Assembly: GCA_016298185.1 (NCBI GenBank)
Contig: JAEDDA010000003.1
Coordinates: 1 to 60,106, forward strand
Direction of reading: 5' to 3'
Source of the DNA: Bacilli bacterium
GTDB lineage: Bacteria; Bacillota_I; Bacilli_A; RFN20; CAG-826
DNA length: 60,106 nucleotides
The notes under the pieces were generated by a model that was not told the origin of the DNA, searched no databases, and saw only the letters and a list, made by a program, of their open reading frames with translations. Shown one piece after another: positions 1 to 9,264 of this stretch (within the stretch, counting starts at the first letter, position 1; each line of letters begins with the position of its first letter). The position numbers were made by a program, and so were the translations under genes.

Positions 1-63
1 CGTGGCAAAGAATAATAAAAATATCTCAATTAGATATAAAATAATTGAATAGGAGGTGCACAT

Positions 64-504
64 ATGAAATTACATGAACTTCAAGTAGCCGAAGGCGCTC
101 GTAAGGAACATTACCGTAAAGGTCGTGGTCTTGGTTCTGGTAACGGCAAAACAGCCGGTAAAGGACATAAAGGCCAAAACGCTCGTAGCGGTGGTGGCGT
201 CGCATTAGGTTTCGAAGGTGGTCAATTACCACTCTTTAGAAGATTACCAAAACGTGGCTTCAAAAATGTAAATCATGTCAATTATGCCACCATTAACGTC
301 GGAGAACTCAATAGATTCGAAGATGGTACAGTGGTATCCTCAGCATTACTAAAAGAAATTGGATTATTATCCAAGGAATATGATGGCTTAAAGGTTTTAG
401 GCGGAGGTAAACTCGAAAAGAAATTAACCGTCCAAGCTAAAGCCTTCAGCAAATCCGCTGAAAAAGCTATTAGTGATGCCGGTGGCAAAATTGAGGTGAT
501 CTAA
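64..504 (+). CDS. rplO: 50S ribosomal protein L15 (uL15)
   Basis: 146-aa ORF with a GGAGG RBS at 51-58. The Gly/basic-rich N-terminus ([19 protein letters not shown]) is typical of uL15. It lies directly upstream of secY, as in the spc operon. Confidence 0.95.
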   Translation: MKLHELQVAEGARKEHYRKGRGLGSGNGKTAGKGHKGQNARSGGGVALGFEGGQLPLFRRLPKRGFKNVNHVNYATINVGELNRFEDGTVVSSALLKEIGLLSKEYDGLKVLGGGKLEKKLTVQAKAFSKSAEKAISDAGGKIEVI

Positions 505-506
505 TT

Positions 507-1868
507 ATGAAGAAAATTGGTCAAATTCTCAAAAACAAAGAAATCATGAATCGTATCATGTTTACGATTCTCATCCTCTTTGTCTTCCGTATTGGTGCGC
601 AGATTACAGTCCCAGGTGTCACATTAGGTAGTGACTTACAGAATTATCTCGATAGTTCTTACGCATTATCCTTAATGAACTTACTTGGTGGTGGAACTCT
701 TCAAAGTTTCTCAATCTTCGCATTAGGCGTGAGTCCATACATCACTGCGCAAATTATCGTTGAATTATTATCCACCGATGTCTTACCAGCGTTAACTGAA
801 CTCAAACGTCAAGGCCAAGGCGGTAGAAAGAAGATCGAACTCGCCACTCGTTACTTAACTCTTATGTTAGGTGCGGTGCAAGCATATGGTATTATCCAAA
901 CCATGAAATCTAGTGAAGCAATTACATTTGTAACCGCTTCTCAAGAATGGCTCACATACATCTACATCATCGTTGTTATGATGGCAGGTTCTATGATCGT
1001 CATGTGGCTTGGTGACCAAATCTCTGTTAAAGGTATCGGTAACGGTATTTCCATGATTATTTTCGCGGGTATCGTTTGCTCCTTACCTAGTCAAATCGGC
1101 AATGCCTTCTCCTTATGGGTTGGCAATTCCGCATTACAAGGACAAGGCGACTCTGCACGTATTGCAGGTATCTTCAAATTCTTGTTATACATCCTCGCTT
1201 ATGTCTTAATTATTTCCTTCGTTACATTCATCGAACTTTCCAAGAGAAAGATTCCAGTGCAACATTCAGGAAAAGGCGGTGGACAAACTCAAAGTATGTC
1301 CCGCGCCAGCTTCTTACCTATTAAGGTGAACTCCGCAGGTGTCATTCCTGTCATCTTCGCGAGCTCCATCTTAATGGCGCCAAGCGTTATCGTCGCATTC
1401 GTCGATGCAGAACATAGTAGTGATGCCTGGTTAGGTATCTTCCAAACTAGTACACTCTATGAAATGCCAGGTGGATGGAAAATGCCATGGGGTTTAATCA
1501 TTTATTTGGTTCTCACCATCGCATTCACATTCTTCTACGCGAATGTGCAAATTAATCCTCAACAACTCGCTGAGAACTTCCAAAAGAACGGATCTTACAT
1601 TCCTGGTATCCATACCGGTAATGAAACAGAACGTTATGTGAGAAAAGTTCTTAATAGAGTTACCTTCATAGGTGCGATGGCCTTAGCCTTAATCGCGGCA
1701 TTACCTGTCGTGTTAACGCTTACAATCTTTAAAGACAACCCATCCTTAGCCTTAGGTGGTACCGGATTAATCATCGTTGTCGGTGTCGCATTAGAAGTTA
1801 ACAATCAAATCAATGGCTTACTCGCAGGTAAAACCTTCGATGAAGTCGTGGCTGGTGGAGGTCGTTAA
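507..1868 (+). CDS. secY: preprotein translocase subunit SecY
   Basis: 453-aa polytopic membrane ORF with SecY-type segments (LGVSPYITAQIIVELL, GNGISMIIFAGI). It follows rplO by 2 nt and has a GAGGTGA RBS. Confidence 0.97.
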   Translation: MKKIGQILKNKEIMNRIMFTILILFVFRIGAQITVPGVTLGSDLQNYLDSSYALSLMNLLGGGTLQSFSIFALGVSPYITAQIIVELLSTDVLPALTELKRQGQGGRKKIELATRYLTLMLGAVQAYGIIQTMKSSEAITFVTASQEWLTYIYIIVVMMAGSMIVMWLGDQISVKGIGNGISMIIFAGIVCSLPSQIGNAFSLWVGNSALQGQGDSARIAGIFKFLLYILAYVLIISFVTFIELSKRKIPVQHSGKGGGQTQSMSRASFLPIKVNSAGVIPVIFASSILMAPSVIVAFVDAEHSSDAWLGIFQTSTLYEMPGGWKMPWGLIIYLVLTIAFTFFYANVQINPQQLAENFQKNGSYIPGIHTGNETERYVRKVLNRVTFIGAMALALIAALPVVLTLTIFKDNPSLALGGTGLIIVVGVALEVNNQINGLLAGKTFDEVVAGGGR

Positions 1869-1870
1869 TA

Positions 1871-2521
1871 ATGTTAAAGAATATTATCTTAATGGGCCCT
1901 CCAGGTGCGGGCAAAGGCACCTTAGCCAAACAATTAAAAACAGCCTTTAATCTCACACATATCTCCACAGGTGATATGTTTAGAGACAATATTAAAGGTG
2001 GAACCGAACTCGGTATCCTCGCAAAGAGTTACATTGATAATGGTCACCTCGTTCCAGATGAAGTCACCATTAAAATGCTCAAGTCTCGTTTAGAGGAAAA
2101 AGATTGTGAGAACGGTTTCTTACTCGATGGTTTCCCAAGAACACTTCCTCAAGCTGAAGCTTTGGAATTGTTAGCTAAAGAAATCAATCGTCCAATCGAT
2201 GTCGTGGTCAACCTCGATTGCGATAACCAAGAACTCATTAGACGTATCTCTGGCCGTCGCGTTTGTAAGAATTGTGGCGCCCCATATCACATCCAAACCA
2301 TAAAACCAAAAGTGGAAGGTGTATGTGACTTATGCGGTGGTCCACTATATCAACGCGCTGACGACAATGAAGAAGCGTTAAAAGTTCGTTTAGACCATTA
2401 TGTTCATGACACCAAACCTCTCTTGGACTTCTATGACCAAAGAGGATTACTAAAGAACTTCAATTCTTTAATGGGTAGTCAAGAACTCTTCAATCAAGTT
2501 TCAACATTTTTAAACAAATAA
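1871..2521 (+). CDS. adk: adenylate kinase
   Basis: P-loop GPPGAGKGT. Four-Cys zinc lid (CKNCGAPYH ... CDLCGG) typical of Gram-positive Adk. Canonical position after secY. Confidence 0.97.
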   Translation: MLKNIILMGPPGAGKGTLAKQLKTAFNLTHISTGDMFRDNIKGGTELGILAKSYIDNGHLVPDEVTIKMLKSRLEEKDCENGFLLDGFPRTLPQAEALELLAKEINRPIDVVVNLDCDNQELIRRISGRRVCKNCGAPYHIQTIKPKVEGVCDLCGGPLYQRADDNEEALKVRLDHYVHDTKPLLDFYDQRGLLKNFNSLMGSQELFNQVSTFLNK

Positions 2522-2522
2522 T

Positions 2523-3284
2523 ATGATTATTACAAAATCCGCAAGAGAAATTAATTTGATGAAAGAGGCTGGTAGAGTGGTGGGCCTAGTCTTCAAAAGA
2601 TTAGAAGAAACCATTAAGCCTGGTATGTCAACGTTAGACATTGATGTGATTGTGGAATCAACTATGCTTGAAAACGACTGCATTCCAGCGGAAAAGGGCT
2701 ATTATGGCTATCCAGCAAGTGCATGCGTCAGTGTAAACGACACACTCATTCATGGAATTCCATCTAATAAGATAATTATTAGAGAAGGTGATATTGTCTC
2801 AGTGGATATTGTAGCAACATATAAAGGCTATTCCGCAGATGCGTGCCGTACATATAAAGTCGGCACGCTCACGGAAAGGGCAAATCGAATCGTTGATGTT
2901 ACCAAAGAAGCCTTCTTTGAAGCCTTAAAGGTTGTTAAACCAGGCGCACATATTGGTGATATCTCTGAAATAGTACAAAAATATGTCGAATCTCATGGTT
3001 ATAATGTTGTCCGTGAATACACTGGTCATGGTATCGGAGCGCATATGCACGAAGATCCATCTATCCCAAACTATGGTAAAGCGGGCACCGGACCAGTATT
3101 AACTCCAGGTATGGCTCTATGTATCGAACCGATGGTCCTTGAAGGTCGTAAAGATGTCAGGGTTCTCGGTGACGGCTGGACCGTCAAGAGCAAGGATGGA
3201 AAATTAACCGCTCACTATGAAAATACAGTGATCGTTACTGAAGATGGTTATGAAATTATTACCATGTATGAAGGAGAAGAATAG
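2523..3284 (+). CDS. map: type I methionine aminopeptidase
   Basis: 253 aa with metal-ligand segments (VSVDIVATYKGYSADACRTY, YTGHGIG, CIEPM, HYENTV). Position after adk. Confidence 0.96.
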   Translation: MIITKSAREINLMKEAGRVVGLVFKRLEETIKPGMSTLDIDVIVESTMLENDCIPAEKGYYGYPASACVSVNDTLIHGIPSNKIIIREGDIVSVDIVATYKGYSADACRTYKVGTLTERANRIVDVTKEAFFEALKVVKPGAHIGDISEIVQKYVESHGYNVVREYTGHGIGAHMHEDPSIPNYGKAGTGPVLTPGMALCIEPMVLEGRKDVRVLGDGWTVKSKDGKLTAHYENTVIVTEDGYEIITMYEGEE

Positions 3285-3287
3285 TAA

Positions 3288-3506
3288 ATGTCAAAACAAG
3301 ATATGATTGAAGTTCAGGCGGTCGTTAAGGAGTGCCTACCAAACGCAAACTTTAAGGTAGAACTCGAAAACGGCGTCGTAATTCAGGCCACCGTTTCTGG
3401 AAAAATCCGTATGAATTACATACGCATTCTCCCAGGTGATAGAGTTACGGTAGAAATCTCGCCTTATGATTTAACACGGGGCCGCATAACATTTAGGTTT
3501 AAATAA
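3288..3506 (+). CDS. infA: translation initiation factor IF-1
   Basis: 72-aa S1-like protein ([44 protein letters not shown]). Confidence 0.97.
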   Translation: MSKQDMIEVQAVVKECLPNANFKVELENGVVIQATVSGKIRMNYIRILPGDRVTVEISPYDLTRGRITFRFK

Positions 3507-3531
3507 ACCGTAATTTAGGAGGAAAAAACTT

Positions 3532-3645
3532 ATGAAAGTCAGACCCTCAGTCAAACCAATCTGCCCAAAGTGCAGAGTGATTAAGAGAAATGGCAAAGTT
3601 ATGGTCATCTGCTCTAATCCAAAGCACAAGCAGAGACAAGGTTAA
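3532..3645 (+). CDS. rpmJ: 50S ribosomal protein L36 (bL36)
   Basis: Not in the ORF track because it is under 60 aa. My translation gives [37 protein letters not shown] (37 aa). It has a GGAGG RBS at 3518-3522 and the canonical infA-rpmJ-rpsM position. Confidence 0.9.
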   Translation: MKVRPSVKPICPKCRVIKRNGKVMVICSNPKHKQRQG

Positions 3646-3662
3646 TAGGAGGAAAATGAAAT

Positions 3663-4040
3663 ATGGCACGTATTGTTGGTGTTGATATTCCTAATGACAA
3701 ACCAGTCAAAATCGCCCTTACCTATATCTATGGTATCGGCAGATACACCGCTCAATTAATTTGCGAAGGCGCAAAAGTTGACGGCACAATCAGAGTTAAA
3801 GATTTAACAGATGATCAATTCGGCGCAATCAGAAATGAAATCGCCAAATACAAAACAGAAGGTGATCTCCGTAGAGAAGTTGCTTTAAACATCAAACGTT
3901 TAACAGAAATTAACTGCTACAGAGGTTTACGTCATAGAAGAGGCTTACCAGTTAGAGGTCAAAGAACCAAAACTAACGCTCGTACTCGTAAAGGTCCACG
4001 TAAGACAATTGCGAATAAGAAGATGGCCCCACAAGGTTAA
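3663..4040 (+). CDS. rpsM: 30S ribosomal protein S13 (uS13)
   Basis: [11 protein letters not shown]....[10 protein letters not shown]-terminus and a basic C-terminal tail. Confidence 0.97.
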   Translation: MARIVGVDIPNDKPVKIALTYIYGIGRYTAQLICEGAKVDGTIRVKDLTDDQFGAIRNEIAKYKTEGDLRREVALNIKRLTEINCYRGLRHRRGLPVRGQRTKTNARTRKGPRKTIANKKMAPQG

Positions 4041-4058
4041 TGAAAGGAGAATAGAGTT

Positions 4059-4448
4059 ATGGCAAAGAAAACTACAACCCGTAAAAAGAAAGTCAAACGC
4101 TCATTTACTAAAGGTGTTGCCCACATTCATTCCACTTTCAATAACACAATCGTTACAATCTGTGATGAACAAGGTAACGCCTTAAGCTGGTCTAGCGCAG
4201 GCGCAATGGGCTTCAAAGGTGCGAAAAAAGCCACACCATTTGCTGCTCAACAAGCCGCTGAAGCTGCCGGTAAAGCCGCTTATGAACAAGGCATCAGACA
4301 AGTTGATGTCGATGTTAAGGGCCCAGGCCCAGGTCGTGAAGGAGCGATTCGTTCCTTAGCAGTTGTCGGATTACAAGTTTTATCCATCGTTGATAGCACA
4401 CCAATCCCACACAACGGTTGCCGCCCACCAAAACGCCCAAGAGGCTAA
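4059..4448 (+). CDS. rpsK: 30S ribosomal protein S11 (uS11)
   Basis: [36 protein letters not shown] motif string. Confidence 0.97.
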   Translation: MAKKTTTRKKKVKRSFTKGVAHIHSTFNNTIVTICDEQGNALSWSSAGAMGFKGAKKATPFAAQQAAEAAGKAAYEQGIRQVDVDVKGPGPGREGAIRSLAVVGLQVLSIVDSTPIPHNGCRPPKRPRG

Positions 4449-4463
4449 TAGGAGGTCTACGAT

Positions 4464-5429
4464 ATGAAAATCGCCAATCCATTTGAAAGATTCGGAATTT
4501 CCCAAGCCGATTACGACGGTACAGAAAACTACGGTCGTTTCGTCATTGAACCACTCGAAAGAGGTTTTGGTCAAACATTAGGTAACTCATTAAGAAGAGT
4601 ATTACTCTCCTCATTACCAGGCGCTTCATTATATGCAGTAGAAGTGGAAGGCGCTCGTCATGAATTCACCGCTTTAGAAGGCGTTGAAGAAGACGTCACA
4701 TCTATCATCCTTAACTTAAAAGGTCTCGTCTTAAGAATTCCTGAAGAAGACGATGGCAATAAAAGATTAGAAATCGATGTCAAAGGCCCAGCAGTGGTCA
4801 CCGCGAAAGACATCGTTCTCCCAGCCGGAGTGGAAGTTGTTAACCCAGATTTAGAAATCGCCCACTTAGTGGAAGGTGGCAGCTTACACATGGTATTACA
4901 TGCCCGTAATGGTCGTGGCTATATCACTGGTGAACAAAATAAAACTATCCATACTGGTTTAGCCTTAGGCACAATCAGCACAGATAGCAACTACTCTCCA
5001 GTTAGAAAAGCTAATTATACCGTTGAAAACACCCGTGTGGGACACGATTCACGCTTCGACAAGTTAACAATCGAAGTTTGGACAGACGGCTCTATTTTGC
5101 CTCAAGAAGCATTAGCCAAGTCTGCTCAAATCTTAATTGCACACTTAGACAAATTCTTAGAAGTTGCTAATATCACACGTGATATCAACATCGAAAAAGA
5201 AGAAGAACAAGTCGAAGAAAACAAATACGAGAACTTCACAATTGAAGAACTCGATCTCTCAGTTCGTTCTTATAACTGCTTAAAGAGAGCAGGTATCCAA
5301 ACCATCTTAGAATTAACAGATAGAACTGAAGAAGACATGATGAAAGTTAAGAATTTAGGTAAAAAGTCCCTTAAAGAAATTAAGGAAAAACTCACAGCCT
5401 ATAACTTATCATTCAAAGATTTCGAATAA
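4464..5429 (+). CDS. rpoA: DNA-directed RNA polymerase subunit alpha
   Basis: 321 aa. N-terminal domain (GRFVIEPLERGFGQTLGNSLRRVLLSSLPG) and C-terminal domain (IEELDLSVRSYNCLKRAGI..I.EL). Confidence 0.97.
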   Translation: MKIANPFERFGISQADYDGTENYGRFVIEPLERGFGQTLGNSLRRVLLSSLPGASLYAVEVEGARHEFTALEGVEEDVTSIILNLKGLVLRIPEEDDGNKRLEIDVKGPAVVTAKDIVLPAGVEVVNPDLEIAHLVEGGSLHMVLHARNGRGYITGEQNKTIHTGLALGTISTDSNYSPVRKANYTVENTRVGHDSRFDKLTIEVWTDGSILPQEALAKSAQILIAHLDKFLEVANITRDINIEKEEEQVEENKYENFTIEELDLSVRSYNCLKRAGIQTILELTDRTEEDMMKVKNLGKKSLKEIKEKLTAYNLSFKDFE

Positions 5430-5443
5430 GGAGGTAACAATTT

Positions 5444-5845
5444 ATGCCAGCACAAGGTAGAAAAAATGTCCATGGAAAAACCGGCGTAAGATTTAAAGCC
5501 GCGTACACCAAGAGCAAATATGAGAATATGCTTCGTAATGTCGTTACTGACTTAATTCTCAAAGGCTCCGTCAAAGTGACTGAAGCAGTCGCTCGTGATG
5601 TTGTCAAAGAAGCAGATCGTTTAGTGACATTAACCAAAAAGGAAGATGTCATGAACGCCAAACGTCAAGCCGCTAGATTCGTTAGAAATATCGCTAATGA
5701 AAAAGGTGTTGCTGCGTTAGATGTATTATTCGCTGAAGTCGGTCCAAGATTCACATCCCGTAACGGCGGCTATACCCGTAGATTAAAACTCGGTAATAGA
5801 CGTGGTGATGATGCTCCAATCGTGGTCGTCACTTGGGTTGAATAA
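5444..5845 (+). CDS. rplQ: 50S ribosomal protein L17 (bL17)
   Basis: 133 aa, immediately after rpoA with a GGAGG RBS. The C-terminal GGYTRRLKLGNRRGDDAPIV is typical of bL17. The N-terminus is somewhat divergent. Confidence 0.9.
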   Translation: MPAQGRKNVHGKTGVRFKAAYTKSKYENMLRNVVTDLILKGSVKVTEAVARDVVKEADRLVTLTKKEDVMNAKRQAARFVRNIANEKGVAALDVLFAEVGPRFTSRNGGYTRRLKLGNRRGDDAPIVVVTWVE

Positions 5846-5860
5846 TTATCCATCATTAAA

Positions 5861-5894
5861 AAGAACCATCAGTTAATTCTGGTGGTTTTTATTT
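5861..5894 (+). terminator. intrinsic terminator ending the ribosomal/alpha operon
   Basis: Stem GAACCATCAG (5863-5872) pairs with CTGGTGGTT(T) (5879-5888) with one G-U pair, a 6-nt loop and a following T-run. Confidence 0.7.
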
Positions 5895-5895
5895 A

Positions 5896-5924
5896 TTCCA
5901 CTGTGGCTAAATATGGTATATAAT
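5896..5924 (+). promoter_or_regulatory. candidate sigma-70 promoter of the toxin-antitoxin pair
   Basis: TTCCAC (5896-5901), 17-nt spacer, TATAAT (5919-5924), about 20 nt upstream of the GGAGG RBS of the antitoxin. Confidence 0.5.
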
Positions 5925-5946
5925 TTAGTCGCAGGAGGTAATAACT

Positions 5947-6204
5947 ATGAACATTGTTCCAATGAGAGATCTTAAAAACACCACAAAGATTGAAGCTCTT
6001 TGCAAACAAACAAAAGAAGCAGTTTTTGTAACCAAAAATGGTTATGGTTCTTTAGTGGTTATGGATATGGATCTATATGAAGAACTACTGCAACAAGCTT
6101 ATGAAGCTAAGTTAATTAACCGTGCACTCAAAGATGTGGAAGAAGGAAAAGTTAGAGATGGCGACGAGGTTATGAAAGAAATCGAAGCCAAGTATGGTTT
6201 TTAA
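5947..6204 (+). CDS. type II antitoxin, Phd/YefM family
   Basis: 85 aa. The segment VFVTKNGYGSLVVMDMDLYEEL matches the Phd/YefM N-terminal fold signature. It overlaps the downstream toxin ORF by 11 nt. Confidence 0.8.
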   Translation: MNIVPMRDLKNTTKIEALCKQTKEAVFVTKNGYGSLVVMDMDLYEELLQQAYEAKLINRALKDVEEGKVRDGDEVMKEIEAKYGF

Positions 6205-6499
6205 AATAGACTACACTGATTCTTTTACTGAAGATTTTGTACGAGCTTTAAATTATATTTCTATTGAATTGTGTAATTTTCAAGCCGCAAAAGATTTAAA
6301 AGAAAGAATAAAACAATCTTTAACTCTTATTAGAGAATTCCCATATAGCTGTCCAATAGTTCCTAACACTTTCATTCCAAGAAAACGACTGCGAAGAAAA
6401 GTAATAAACAATTATTCCTTATTCTATGAAGTCGATGAGAAAAACAAAACAGTAGTGGTATTGAGATTAATACTATCAAGAAGAAACCCAAGAGCGTAA
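6194..6499 (+). CDS. type II toxin, RelE/ParE family
   Basis: 101 aa with the size and pattern of ParE/RelE plasmid-stabilisation toxins (..NYSLFYEVDEKNKTVVVLRLILSRRN). Translationally coupled to the antitoxin. Confidence 0.78.
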   Translation: MVFKIDYTDSFTEDFVRALNYISIELCNFQAAKDLKERIKQSLTLIREFPYSCPIVPNTFIPRKRLRRKVINNYSLFYEVDEKNKTVVVLRLILSRRNPRA

Positions 6500-6511
6500 G
6501 AGTAACAACAT

Positions 6512-6543
6512 ACACGCCACCTAGTCTTTAGCGGTGTTTTTTT
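6512..6543 (+). terminator. weak intrinsic terminator after the TA pair
   Basis: Imperfect stem ACACGC / GCGGTGT with one bulge, followed by a T7 run (6537-6543). Confidence 0.45.
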
Positions 6544-6678
6544 ATTTGCTTTTTTAAGTTTCAAAAAAACAAAAAAGAATTATTTTTATTAATTAAATAA
6601 ATATCTAAGATTTATTTGTATAAAAAATTAATTTAAATTATTATAAAGTATCTCGCTAGAGATGAAAGTGAGAGAAAC

Positions 6679-8481
6679 ATGAAAAAGTTATTCAAAATCA
6701 TTCCGTTATTAGTACTTCCGTTATCATTATCATCTTGTTCCTTTATTGAATCTTTCATTAATGGTGGTGGAAACGAACAAGAAGAAGTTACTGATAATAA
6801 TGTATATCCAACAAGTTTAGTTATTGAAGGTGAAAACAAGATTGTTGTCGGTGAATCTACAACACTTACTGCAAAATTTTCACCAACAAAAGTTACTAAT
6901 AATACAGTGACATGGACATCTAGTAATAATAGTGTTGCTACAGTTACAAGTGGTGGTAAAGTAACAGGCAAAGCAAATGGTAATGTGACTATTACCGCAT
7001 CTATGAAAGGTGCGAATAAAACCACAATTACCGCGACACACGAAATGACAGTTGGCACTCCTGCCGCAACTGGTGTCCAACTAGATAAAACATCAGTGAC
7101 ATTAGAATATGGCAAAACCACACAACTTACTGCTACAGTTAATCCAAAATATTCCAGTCAAGATGTGACATGGAGTTCAAGTAATAGTACAATTGCCACA
7201 GTTTCTAATAGTGGTTTAGTGACAGCAAAAAATATTGATGGTACCGCAGTTATTACCGCGACAAGTGTTGATGGTGGATTTACTGCTTCTTGCCAAATCA
7301 CAGTTAAAGAAGTTGTTGGCACAACAGTCATGATCTATATGTGTGGTGCAGACCTTGAAAGCGATAACGGTTTAGCATCCATGGATTTAGATGAGATCTT
7401 ATCCGTTAGCGGACAACCAGATGAAGTTAACATCCTTGTTGAAACTGGTGGTGCTAAGAGTTGGAGAAAATCCCAAATTCCTAATAACAAATTAGCAAGA
7501 TGGGAAATTAGAAATAGACAATTTATTAAAAAGAGTGATAGCTTTACCACAAATACAAACATGGGCTTAACAAGCACATTACAAAGTTTCTTAGAATGGG
7601 GCTTTGAAAACTATCAATCTGATAAATACGGTCTCATCTTATGGAACCACGGTGGTGCAATGGGTGGCTGCTGTTTTGATGAAAATAACGGTGACGATTC
7701 ATTATCCGCTGATGAAGTTTATACAGCAGTTAAAAATGCTAGAGCCAATAAAGGCATTAGCGACAAACTTGAATGGATTACATACGATGCTTGCTTAATG
7801 GCGGTTCAAGATATTGCTGAATATAACTCTTATAACTTCAACTACATGCTTTCTTCTCAAGAATCTGAGGCTGGTTATGGTTATGACTACGATGCTTGGT
7901 TACCAACTTTATATAACAATCCAGGCATCAATGGTGGCAATTTATTAGAAGTTATTGGCCACACCTTCATGGTAGAAGAAAAATATTTATTCCAAACTTG
8001 GGGTGATCCATTTGACCAAACACAATCCGTTTATGATTTAAGTAAAATGCCTGCTTATAAAGCAGCATTTGAAGCAATTGCTTCTGACTTAAATAGTATT
8101 ATTGGAAGTAATGCATCAAGAGCAAAATCCTTAGGTCAATTAATCGCACAAGCAAGAGAATATGGTCTTGATGAATATGGTGATTCTTGTGGCTTTGAAA
8201 TTTACGATATGAAAGAAGCATTGAATAAAGTAAAAGCCAACGCTACATTCTCATCCATCTCTTCAAAAGTTAGTGCATTCTATAATGTGCTTGATGATAT
8301 GGTGATTTACGAAGAACATGGTGAAGCTACAACAGGATGTGGTATTTGTATCTTCTCGCCTTGCTATCTCTCTATACCATATAACTATGGCGGTAGCGAA
8401 TACACTAAGAGCAATTTCACAGAATGGAAGAAAGTCTCTAATAAAATCTGGCCAGAATTATATTCAAACTGGGCTAATTAA
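6679..8481 (+). CDS. surface lipoprotein: two Big_2 Ig-like domains plus a clostripain-family (C11) cysteine peptidase domain
   Basis: Lipobox LSLSSC. Two tandem Big_2-like repeats (..TLTAKFSPT.VTNNTVTWTSSNNSVATVTSGGKVTGKANGNVTITAS and ..QLTATVNPKYSSQDVTWSSSNSTIATVSNSGLVTAKNIDGTAVITATS). C11-like core with VMIYMCGADLESDNG, His in LILWNHGGAMGG and Cys in ITYDACLMA. Confidence 0.8.
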   Translation: MKKLFKIIPLLVLPLSLSSCSFIESFINGGGNEQEEVTDNNVYPTSLVIEGENKIVVGESTTLTAKFSPTKVTNNTVTWTSSNNSVATVTSGGKVTGKANGNVTITASMKGANKTTITATHEMTVGTPAATGVQLDKTSVTLEYGKTTQLTATVNPKYSSQDVTWSSSNSTIATVSNSGLVTAKNIDGTAVITATSVDGGFTASCQITVKEVVGTTVMIYMCGADLESDNGLASMDLDEILSVSGQPDEVNILVETGGAKSWRKSQIPNNKLARWEIRNRQFIKKSDSFTTNTNMGLTSTLQSFLEWGFENYQSDKYGLILWNHGGAMGGCCFDENNGDDSLSADEVYTAVKNARANKGISDKLEWITYDACLMAVQDIAEYNSYNFNYMLSSQESEAGYGYDYDAWLPTLYNNPGINGGNLLEVIGHTFMVEEKYLFQTWGDPFDQTQSVYDLSKMPAYKAAFEAIASDLNSIIGSNASRAKSLGQLIAQAREYGLDEYGDSCGFEIYDMKEALNKVKANATFSSISSKVSAFYNVLDDMVIYEEHGEATTGCGICIFSPCYLSIPYNYGGSEYTKSNFTEWKKVSNKIWPELYSNWAN

Positions 8482-8495
8482 AAATTCATAATCTT

Positions 8496-8519
8496 GGAGT
8501 GGAATTCCCACTCCTTTTT
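8496..8519 (+). terminator. intrinsic terminator
   Basis: GGAGTGG-aatt-CCCACTCC followed by TTTTT. Confidence 0.8.
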
Positions 8520-8672
8520 AATTTTAAAAAACCTTAAAACATATATATATTCAAAGATAAGAAATAAGATTTATTCCTTTTTAGGATGTTTTTACCGATT
8601 GAGATAAAAATAATACTTATATGTAAAAGACCTATGTTAAAATAATTACACAAATTTAGGGGAAATTTATAA

Positions 8673-9149
8673 ATGAAAAACTTAAACAAATTATTTGTTG
8701 GCGCTGCAGCGTTAGTCCTATTGACAGCCTGTGGTCCAAGCAAAGTCTCTTATGAGAAATTTAAAGAAAAAGCTGAAGCTGCAGCGGAAAAAGATCCTGG
8801 CTATACAAAAGCCACAGCAAAAGGAACATTCTATTCAAATAACCTAGGTATTGAAGTGACAATCAAACTCAATAATACATTTGTTAAAGGCAACGAAGGT
8901 TGGGTATTAAAAGAAGGCGAAGAATCCAATGCCGGAACACTTGCTGCAATTGGTTTACTCTCAATGAGAGCATCTACAGTTGGTGAAAATGATAAAACAA
9001 CCTATTATGCTGGAAATGGTTTCAAAACTGTTACCACTAGTGATAAAGGCGATACCACAATCGTATATAACTCCAATGGTTATGTTACCTCCTATAAAGG
9101 TTTACTCGCTGGCGGAGATGCTAATTTCAAATTTAGCTGGTCCAAATAG
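8673..9149 (+). CDS. small lipoprotein of unknown function
   Basis: 158 aa with signal peptide and lipobox LLTAC. It has its own RBS and terminator. I recognise no family. Confidence 0.7.
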   Translation: MKNLNKLFVGAAALVLLTACGPSKVSYEKFKEKAEAAAEKDPGYTKATAKGTFYSNNLGIEVTIKLNNTFVKGNEGWVLKEGEESNAGTLAAIGLLSMRASTVGENDKTTYYAGNGFKTVTTSDKGDTTIVYNSNGYVTSYKGLLAGGDANFKFSWSK

Positions 9150-9167
9150 TTGTTACATTATTTATTC

Positions 9168-9198
9168 AAAGAGTCGTTCAATCAAATGACTCTTTTTT
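9168..9198 (+). terminator. intrinsic terminator
   Basis: AAAGAGTC (9168-9175), 12-nt loop, GACTCTTT (9188-9195), then a T-run. Confidence 0.75.
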
Positions 9199-9264
9199 GT
9201 TATTTATTTTATTGTTAAAATATATACAAGATTTATTCTTAATACTTTTTAGGGGGAAACAATA

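Noticed and set aside
1-15. Possible 3' end (..RGKE-stop) of an upstream ribosomal protein gene (rpmD or rpsE).
   Set aside because: Only four codons are visible, so the gene cannot be identified.
26-488. Minus-strand ORFs 26..232 and 282..488 opposite rplO.
   Set aside because: They are antisense to a highly conserved ribosomal protein gene and have no RBS. These are spurious track ORFs.
1115-1324. 69-aa plus-strand ORF inside secY in another frame.
   Set aside because: It is nested within secY and has an Arg/Cys-rich nonsense-like composition.
6633-7121. 162-aa minus-strand ORF overlapping the 5' part of the C11 lipoprotein gene.
   Set aside because: Its Val/Thr-rich low-complexity product mirrors the Thr/Val/Asn-rich Big_2 coding region. 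The plus-strand ORF has the domain signatures.
8541-8550. (AT)5 dinucleotide run.
   Set aside because: It is too short to be meaningful in an AT-rich intergenic region.
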